NCBI GenBank assembly: GCA_965205015.1
Contig: OZ242029.1
Location: 1,728,001 to 1,792,000 of the forward strand
Length of the DNA: 64,000 bases
Direction: 5' to 3'
DNA from: Candidatus Poribacteria bacterium
GTDB lineage: Bacteria > Poribacteria > WGA-4E > WGA-3G
Positions 57,457 to 64,000 of this stretch are shown here, in pieces. Each line of letters starts with the position of its first letter. Position 1 is the stretch's first letter. The position numbers were made by a program, and so were the translations under genes. The notes below the pieces were generated by a model. It was not told the DNA's origin, ran no database searches, and worked only from the letters and a program-made list of their open reading frames with translations.

Positions 57457-57479
57457 GTAGGGGCGGGGTTTCCCCGCCC
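57457..57479 (+). repeat. GTAG-family REP palindrome
   Basis: GTAG-GGGCGGGG-TTT-CCCCGCCC. Confidence 0.7.
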
Positions 57480-57498
57480 ACTTATCCGCAAGGGAAAA

Positions 57499-58152
57499 TT
57501 AAAAACCCGCTTTGAGTTGACCCCACGTTGTCGTGAGTTTATCTTGCGGTTCGACAGGTGTTAAGGAATCTTCAGGAATTGGATCCCGCGGATTCACCTC
57601 TGCTTCGTCTTCTGAAAGATTGTCGGTGATGTAGATCACGTCCAGCATTGTTGCATCTTCCCGAACGGCGATACGCAGCGTGGTGTCCCCGGCTGCGTCT
57701 ATCTCCCATTCCCGTTCAAACGTGCCACCGTCTAACCAGTGGTTAATCCGATCCCAATGCCAGTCGTTACCTTGAGCAACGCCCCAGCGGAACTCAGTGT
57801 TCTGAGTGGCTTGTGCGTCTTCGTCTGGATCGGCGGGTTGCCATGTCACCCAGAAGGAATCGCTATTACCATCCCAAGCGATGACTTTGCCCCAGAGTGC
57901 GTAAGTGCCGGGTGCGGGGATATGGAGCGTGTATTCCGCCCACCCTTCACCACCACCACCAGCAACGGGTTCACCTTCCATCCAGATGAACTGTCCACCG
58001 GAAGCATCTGCATCGTCAGCGACGACCATCGGTGCTTCGATTGCATCCGCCATCTCTGCCTCGATCGCCCGTTCATAGCCGTAACTGATACCGCTTGTGA
58101 GCAGTAAACCAAGTATAAAGAACATACCGAATACTAACGTTTTGAAACGCAT
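57499..58152 (-). CDS. Exported CBM6/35-like protein, tandem paralogue, with a TTWG tail
   Basis: Highly similar to 56758-57432; ends PVEPQDKLTTTWGQLK. Confidence 0.75.
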   Translation of the reverse strand: MRFKTLVFGMFFILGLLLTSGISYGYERAIEAEMADAIEAPMVVADDADASGGQFIWMEGEPVAGGGGEGWAEYTLHIPAPGTYALWGKVIAWDGNSDSFWVTWQPADPDEDAQATQNTEFRWGVAQGNDWHWDRINHWLDGGTFEREWEIDAAGDTTLRIAVREDATMLDVIYITDNLSEDEAEVNPRDPIPEDSLTPVEPQDKLTTTWGQLKAGF

Positions 58153-58169
58153 GAAATGTCTCCTTTCAT

Positions 58170-58240
58170 AAGTTGTCAGTTGTCAGTTATCAGTTGTCAG
58201 TTAAAGAGATGTCTGATTTGTATCCTGATACTGAAAACTG
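58170..58240 (+). repeat. Heptamer tandem repeat (AGTT[GA]TC)n with a downstream inverted arm; related array in the nadA leader at 56060-56193
   Basis: agttgtc agttgtc agttatc agttgtc agttaaagag ... ctgatactgaaaactg. Confidence 0.7.
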
Positions 58241-58267
58241 TTGTATAATCTGTTCTACCTATTTACC

Positions 58268-59266
58268 TTACATTTTCTTATGAGCCCGGATTTTGCCCCA
58301 TTGCTGAATCTGTAATGTTGACGGTTCTATAGGCAGGATATCCGAGTTTCCGCTGAACCATTTCGGTTGCGCTGCCCATGCCCCATTGTTAATCAATTCA
58401 CGACGTTCGGTTCCATCGGCATGCATCAGGTGGATAACCCATCTGCCGTCCTTTTCAAATTGAAACGCAAGCGTTTTGCCATTAGGCGCCCAAGCGGGAA
58501 CTGCCTCATCCGTTGGTGTGTCGGTGAGTGCTTGCTTGTTCCCACCATCAAGTGCATCCATAATATACAAGTCGAAATCGGCGAGTTCTACCTCTTGATG
58601 CATAGACGCGTATACGATCCGTGTGCCATCGGGCGACCAGGCAGGATAGGTGTCCATTAGCGGTTGATCTGTCAATCGCCGCTCCACCCGACTGCTTACA
58701 TCAATCACGTAGATATCCCAGTTAAGTTCCCGTTTTGAGTGGAAAACTAAGGTATTTCCATCGGGTGCCCACGCCGGGGCTTCATCTTCAAATGGATTAT
58801 CGGTGAGGTGGGTTACCTCGCCGTTCTTGAGATGCAGCAGGTAAATATTGAAATGCCCATCTCGATTTGACGTGAAAGCAAGTCGCTTACCATCGGGTGC
58901 CCAAGCAGGCGCCTTATCCGTTGCTGGGTGATGTGTTAAGCGTCGCTGATGGGTGCCATCAGCCTGCATCACATAAATTTCATGATTCCCATCGCGCCGA
59001 GAAAAAAAAGCGATCTGAACGCCATCAGGTGCCCACGTCGGGTAATAATCCGCAGCCGGATTTTGCGTAAGATTCACCGGTCGTCTGCCGGTTGTATCCG
59101 TCAAGTAAATTTCCCAATCACCGCTCACGTCCGAAGCAAAAGCGATCGTCACCGGCGGGTGCGGTTGGCACAGAGCACTGCTGATTAAAAGTGCAAACGT
59201 CACAAAAACACTGCCGAAGGTCGCGATTCGGAGATCGCGCCTACCGTATACTAACAAAATTTGCAT
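58268..59266 (-). CDS. TolB-like (PD40) beta-propeller protein with a degenerate TTWG tail
   Basis: Repeats PxWAPDGxxIAFxSxRDGxxxIY; ends PIEPSTLQIQQWGKIR. Confidence 0.9.
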   Translation of the reverse strand: MQILLVYGRRDLRIATFGSVFVTFALLISSALCQPHPPVTIAFASDVSGDWEIYLTDTTGRRPVNLTQNPAADYYPTWAPDGVQIAFFSRRDGNHEIYVMQADGTHQRRLTHHPATDKAPAWAPDGKRLAFTSNRDGHFNIYLLHLKNGEVTHLTDNPFEDEAPAWAPDGNTLVFHSKRELNWDIYVIDVSSRVERRLTDQPLMDTYPAWSPDGTRIVYASMHQEVELADFDLYIMDALDGGNKQALTDTPTDEAVPAWAPNGKTLAFQFEKDGRWVIHLMHADGTERRELINNGAWAAQPKWFSGNSDILPIEPSTLQIQQWGKIRAHKKM

Positions 59267-59304
59267 TTTTTGTCTATGTTGTTTTTACCGGCTGGGACAA
59301 AATA

Positions 59305-60372
59305 TCAAAACTTTCCGTCGCGCACCTCGAAATGCGTCGGTTTACGGAGTGTTGTACCGCCTCTCCGAACCCACTCTGCTATCCACTCGATCATCTGCTC
59401 CAAAGAAACACGTGGGTATCCAAATAGACGATGACACCGAGATGCATTACTGAGCAATGCCGTTTCTGCCTCTTCGCCCTCGAACCGTAGCCGTTTGTTG
59501 AAAAGCGCGCCGAAACGTAAAGCAAGGTATCGGACAGAAACAGTCTCCGGTCCGGTCACGTTGAGGATCAAGGGTGGGCTTTGGCAGTATGCGAAAGCCC
59601 GCAAAACCACAGAATTGGCATCGCCTTGCCATATTACATTCACGGTGCCCATCTCAAGTGGAATCGGTTGTTCTGTGTAAACTTTTTCGGCGATATCCAG
59701 CAGTATTCCGTAGCGGAGATCGATCGCGTAATTTAAGCGCAAAATCGCCATAGGTGTACCGAATTGCGATGAAAAGTAGGCACATATACGCTCACGGCTC
59801 AGGCAGGATTGCGCATATTCACCGATTGGGGCGGGGGGCAAACATTCTGTCGCACCCCCATGGGAGACTCGGGTCAGCGGATAGACATTCCCCGTTGAAA
59901 AAACGACCAGTCGAGAATCTCTGAACTTATCTGCTATACGTCCCGGCATGTAGCTATTCATCGCCCAAGTTAGACTTTCATTATCTGTAGAACCGAACTT
60001 CCTACCTGCCATCAAGATCACATTTTGGATGTGAGGCAGGTTTTGCAGACACTCTTCCGAAAGCAGATCCGCCGCAATCGTTTCAATACCGGCTCCGTGC
60101 AAACCTGCTTGCACACTGGGCGTCGAAAAACGGGACACACCGATAACCTTTTTTGTTATCCCTGCGAGGTCAATGGCGCGTTTCGCCTGTTTGGCGAGCG
60201 TCGGGCCCATCTTTCCACCAACACCGAGGATAAGGATATCCCCCTCCAGTGCAGCCATGGACGCTATGACTTCGTCTGTCGGTTCGGATAGATATGATTC
60301 TAACTGGGTTTCTGTTTTTATCAAGGGAAGGGTCCTATACAAACTTGATAGCGATTTAGGATATAATACCAA
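59305..60372 (-). CDS. NAD-dependent epimerase/dehydratase family protein (start uncertain)
   Basis: LGVGGKMG, MAGRKFGS, FSTGNVY, EYAQSC, RLNYA. Confidence 0.88.
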   Translation of the reverse strand: MVLYPKSLSSLYRTLPLIKTETQLESYLSEPTDEVIASMAALEGDILILGVGGKMGPTLAKQAKRAIDLAGITKKVIGVSRFSTPSVQAGLHGAGIETIAADLLSEECLQNLPHIQNVILMAGRKFGSTDNESLTWAMNSYMPGRIADKFRDSRLVVFSTGNVYPLTRVSHGGATECLPPAPIGEYAQSCLSRERICAYFSSQFGTPMAILRLNYAIDLRYGILLDIAEKVYTEQPIPLEMGTVNVIWQGDANSVVLRAFAYCQSPPLILNVTGPETVSVRYLALRFGALFNKRLRFEGEEAETALLSNASRCHRLFGYPRVSLEQMIEWIAEWVRRGGTTLRKPTHFEVRDGKF

Positions 60373-60442
60373 AAGTTCTTTTTGATGTCAAAGAGAAAAG
60401 ATAGGGATGTGTAAAGCTTTTGACATTCACTGTCCCGAGCCT

Positions 60443-60543
60443 GTAGGTTGGGTTGAACGGAACAGAAAAATCCCACCATTGGTCCAGAGAACTCAAACCC
60501 CTTCAAACCCTTTAGAATTCCTGAAAAATCAGTGAAACCCAAC
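60443..60543 (+). repeat. GTAGGTTGGGTTG...AACCCAAC REP-like element (partial inverted copy at ~44135-44181)
   Basis: GTAG followed by GTTGGGTT...AACCCAAC arms. Confidence 0.6.
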
Positions 60544-60581
60544 ATCTTCGGTTTTGACAAGATATTACATCCCCGATGGTG

Positions 60582-63386
60582 CTAATGGTTTTTATATCGC
60601 TCAAGTTCGTATCCCAGGATTCGAGGATTGCGGCACACCAGAAAATCCCATCTGCCAAACTTTTGGGAGTGATTGACAGCCTGAACCCATCGCCGTGCCG
60701 CTTGATGTTTCGCCTGGTCTTGCATCGTTTCTTGCCCTTTGATTTCAATAATCAGATGTATACCGTTCGTCATATTAACAATGAAATCTGGGACGTAGTC
60801 GCGCGTCGTGCCTGCGAAATGATAAGGTATTGTAAACCAGAGACCGTCATTCCGAACGTAGCTTTTAACATGTTCCGAACGTTCAAGTCGGAACGCTGCA
60901 CTTGCTTCCCATGTACTATCGACTGCAACCAAGTTAACGTGGCTTTTTTCCGTTGAGTGACAGTCTTTAGTCGTACTGAAATCCACGTCTTTAGAACTGC
61001 CGATCGGTTTGTTCAGATTGATAATCGGGAGTAACGGGGTTTCGCCTGCCGTTTCATTTGGCTGAATAGCGGCTAGGAAAAGCCCCACGATGTGATTCTT
61101 ATATTTTACATTGCCTAATTCGCGCGGATCGGTGTATCCAAATTTAACTCTCTGGTGCATGTAGTTCTCTATAAGCCTGTAGATTTGTGGAAAGAGTTGC
61201 CGACGAGACAGCATGGGTTTTCGTTCCCATTGGTCTATTGGGAGTTTTGCCAGAATTTGCCGAGCGATATCGAATTTGATGGTTTGGAAGTGATTGGACT
61301 CGTAAAATTTTTGTCTGTTATGCACTTCGCGTTCCCCGAGATAAACAGGTTTGCCTTCGTGCAAAACGATCCCTCCTGCGAAAAGTTCATCGGGACCGAG
61401 TTCGAGTTTGAGTTTCTCCATCTGATCAATGTTGGCGGTAATTGCATCGTGACGTAGTTCAAAGCTATAACTTTCAACGTTGGGAAACTGAATCTCGTAA
61501 GACTTTCGTGTCGGCAAGGCGCGCACACGGTAGGTAGGTTTATCAGGTCTTTGTTGCCGACGCTGGCGACCTTTAAATGGAATGAGTGTGAAGGGGATAC
61601 CGTAGATGTCGACGTACTCCGGGGGTAACAGTCCTGTTTCTGGATTGATATCGTAACTCATACGGCGCAGCCCGCGTCCGACAACCTGTTCGCATAACAA
61701 TTGGCTCTGAAAGGCGCGTAATCCGATGATCTGTGTTACGTTATTAGCATCCCACCCTTCGTTTAGCATTGAGACGGAAACGACGCACCGGATCTGTTCA
61801 CCCGGCTGCCCTTCTTTACCGATTGTGCTAACGACTTTTCGCAACTGCTCCGCGTCGCTTCCTTCCTCCGTGAGTCTTCTGCTGTCAATACGGAACGTTT
61901 TTACATCCCCATTTCTGTTTTCAAGCTCTGGAAACAGATCCCCGTGTCCATAAACAACTTCACCGTCTGTCACCGTTTCACCGGAGATACCGCGGTGAAA
62001 TACCTCGGCAACTTTCGTCTCTGGACAGACGACTATCATGCAGTTCGGTATATCCGATCCATTTGCATCAAACTGCGTTTTCCATTGACTGGCGAGTGTT
62101 ATGAGTGCATCGTTGGCTTCGGTATAGATATCCTCTGGTTTCGGTTTCGTACCGAGTTCGTCCGTGATGTGTTCCCACAGTCGAAAATACTTCGGTTCCG
62201 GTCGACCGGTACTGTCACTGATAGGGATACGCGGGATTTTTGTAATACCACTCTCAATCGCATCACCTAAACTGAAGTCACTGACGAGCCATTCAAAGGG
62301 TTTCCCTTCTGAGTGTCCGCTGCCTTGAAGATAGAAAGGCGTTGCTGACAAATCAACCGCAAATCGGATTCCACACGCTTGCTGAATTCGGTCCAGTCCC
62401 TGGATCCAGATGGTTGCGGTCTGTTGTTCCTCTTTCTCGTTTCTGTTAAGTTTTAGGTTGGATTCGAGGGGGCGGTAGGCATGATGTCCTTCATCGTTTA
62501 GGATCATGATTTCACCGCGTCCAGCGAGTTCCCCTAAAATACGCTCGGTATACGCTTCTGCTGTTTCTTCGCCTTTACTAACGACTTTATGGGATGTACC
62601 ACTTTCTATGTTCTCTGAAGCCAACTCGAGTTGATGCCAGTTAGTAATCTTGACTTTACCGCGCCGGAGAAACGCTTTAAGTGTCGGTGGAATCAGATCG
62701 AATGTGTCGTAATAATTCTCATCCGAGTCTGGGCGTAAAACCTGTAGGCGTTCTTTGATAGTGAGATTCGGACAGACTGCAAGTACAGCGGATGGAAAGC
62801 GTGTATCCGCACGCACTTTTCCACGATTGCAAAACGCCCATGCGATAAGCATTGCCATGACGACGGTTTTTCCGCTCCCAGTTGCCATTTTACACCCGTA
62901 ACGGATGATCTCATCGTCGCGGAGCTGCTCCAAATCTGGATCCTCAAATTCAGGGGTGAAGCCAAGACGGTGTCCTGCTCTGCGGATTTCGGCGATATAG
63001 ATAACGGTTTCTACTGCTTCTAATTGACAGAAGAAGAGTGGGCGTTGTCTCCCTTCGCGCTGCCAATACCGTAGCAGCTGCTTTGTAATGTTTGTAGCAT
63101 TTCTATAGCCAGATGCGCGCCAGCGTTTAACATCGTTGCGAAGTTTACTAACCAACGGGAGCGTGCTCCATCCCTCTTCCCGAGTGATGCTCAGTTCTAG
63201 CTGCTCATCACTGGTCCCCTGATCTCCTATCCAGTAACCGGCAGGACGACGCCCTGGCATTTCGCGAGGGTTACCAGTATCTTTGTCGTAAACCCAGTGT
63301 TTCATCGGTTCTTCGTAAGGCGAACACAAGATGGGTTCATCTACTGGTTGAATAGGGATCTCCTGTTGTTCTCGGTTTCTATCCAT
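60582..63386 (-). CDS. res: Type III restriction endonuclease Res subunit (BPTD_3080-like)
   Basis: FFCQLEAVET, KMATGSGKT, NDEGHH, DLSATP, MLNEGWD, QVVGRGLRR, C-terminal YVPDF...IEIKG nuclease motif. Confidence 0.92.
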   Translation of the reverse strand: MDRNREQQEIPIQPVDEPILCSPYEEPMKHWVYDKDTGNPREMPGRRPAGYWIGDQGTSDEQLELSITREEGWSTLPLVSKLRNDVKRWRASGYRNATNITKQLLRYWQREGRQRPLFFCQLEAVETVIYIAEIRRAGHRLGFTPEFEDPDLEQLRDDEIIRYGCKMATGSGKTVVMAMLIAWAFCNRGKVRADTRFPSAVLAVCPNLTIKERLQVLRPDSDENYYDTFDLIPPTLKAFLRRGKVKITNWHQLELASENIESGTSHKVVSKGEETAEAYTERILGELAGRGEIMILNDEGHHAYRPLESNLKLNRNEKEEQQTATIWIQGLDRIQQACGIRFAVDLSATPFYLQGSGHSEGKPFEWLVSDFSLGDAIESGITKIPRIPISDSTGRPEPKYFRLWEHITDELGTKPKPEDIYTEANDALITLASQWKTQFDANGSDIPNCMIVVCPETKVAEVFHRGISGETVTDGEVVYGHGDLFPELENRNGDVKTFRIDSRRLTEEGSDAEQLRKVVSTIGKEGQPGEQIRCVVSVSMLNEGWDANNVTQIIGLRAFQSQLLCEQVVGRGLRRMSYDINPETGLLPPEYVDIYGIPFTLIPFKGRQRRQQRPDKPTYRVRALPTRKSYEIQFPNVESYSFELRHDAITANIDQMEKLKLELGPDELFAGGIVLHEGKPVYLGEREVHNRQKFYESNHFQTIKFDIARQILAKLPIDQWERKPMLSRRQLFPQIYRLIENYMHQRVKFGYTDPRELGNVKYKNHIVGLFLAAIQPNETAGETPLLPIINLNKPIGSSKDVDFSTTKDCHSTEKSHVNLVAVDSTWEASAAFRLERSEHVKSYVRNDGLWFTIPYHFAGTTRDYVPDFIVNMTNGIHLIIEIKGQETMQDQAKHQAARRWVQAVNHSQKFGRWDFLVCRNPRILGYELERYKNH

Positions 63387-63548
63387 CTTTCTCTCCTAAT
63401 TTAACCCAAGTTGCTACTTACAAGATTGTAGCATGCAGACACTGTTTCTAATTGAGAGAGGTTCACTGTTCCAAAGGTTTCGTAGTGTAAACTTTTAGTT
63501 TGGGCACTCACGAGCACAATCTAACAGATTATGCTACAACGGGACAAC

Positions 63549-64000
63549 TTAGGTTAATTTATGAATTCGCATGAGTTCATTCCCGCGGCGGTCTATAACC
63601 TTCACGGCGACGCGTTTGTGTTCACCTACTGAAAATGGAAGTGACTCTGTCCCGGAAAATGCTGCTAAACTTTCTTCGTCGATGACTGCTTTCAATGAAC
63701 GCGCGATGTTGTTCCATGCACTTCTGTTTGGGAAAAACGATTGCGTCGGACAAAATGTTCTGCCATCATAATTTGCATCTAAAAACCATGCTGCAACTTG
63801 CGATCCCTGCGTCGGTTCGATGGTATTATCAACCGGATTGTAAGTATCAATACCCTCCATGATGACTTTGAACTGTCCATCCGTCGCCTTTATCACCTCT
63901 GTTCGCGGGGCCCCGATAACAGTGAAGAGTTTATCGGTCTGCGTTTTTCGGAGTAGATCTGTCATAGCGACATCTGGTGCAATTTGCACGAGATGTGTTT
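63549..64000 (-). CDS. mod: Type III R-M DNA methyltransferase Mod subunit, C-terminal part (runs off the right edge)
   Basis: LFTVIGAP, WFLDANYDGRTF, SLPF...VAVKVIDRRGNE C-terminal signature; directly upstream of res. Catalytic motifs lie outside the window. Confidence 0.85.
   Translation of the reverse strand, partial: THLVQIAPDVAMTDLLRKTQTDKLFTVIGAPRTEVIKATDGQFKVIMEGIDTYNPVDNTIEPTQGSQVAAWFLDANYDGRTFCPTQSFFPNRSAWNNIARSLKAVIDEESLAAFSGTESLPFSVGEHKRVAVKVIDRRGNELMRIHKLT

Noticed and set aside
1-64000. tRNA-Sec, selA/selB/selD, rRNA, transposase or integrase genes
   Set aside because: None recognised in this window by eye. The Sec machinery and any mobilising enzymes must lie elsewhere if the hypotheses hold.

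Overview
Bacterial genomic DNA, gene-dense, with no rRNA, tRNA or CRISPR array visible to me. Several features point to Candidatus Poribacteria (inference, not a database result): a PhyH-HEAT fusion, a membrane-anchored ECF sigma factor, proteins ending in a 'K-x-x-T-T-W-G-x-L-K' tail and many short intergenic repeats. The most striking signal is a minus-strand cluster at about 14.8-38.8 kb. Two ORFs split by the ORF track (28836-27997 and 27981-26932) are in frame across a single TGA and read ...DEAC-U-GSGKTLR..., matching the SCUGSGRTLR selenocysteine site of animal selenoprotein N, and a bacterial SECIS-like hairpin follows the TGA. Downstream lie a transmembrane ECF sigma factor and a second SelN paralogue with Gly in place of Sec. 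All three share an unannotated ~115-aa domain. They sit among duplicated ABC permeases, an ABC ATPase, a repeat/NEW3-type membrane protein, a TolC-family protein and a second ECF sigma, with repeated ECF-like promoter motifs. Other items: a tandem cassette (promoter + multi-pseudoknot RNA leader + coiled-coil gene) abutting a 5'-truncated sigma gene; GTAG-type REP palindromes inserted in frame inside enzymes; a ~2,200-aa Ig-repeat protein with a T9SS-like C-terminal domain next to a PorV/PorQ-like gene; an XPB/Bax1(DUF790) pair; and a type III restriction-modification locus at the right edge.
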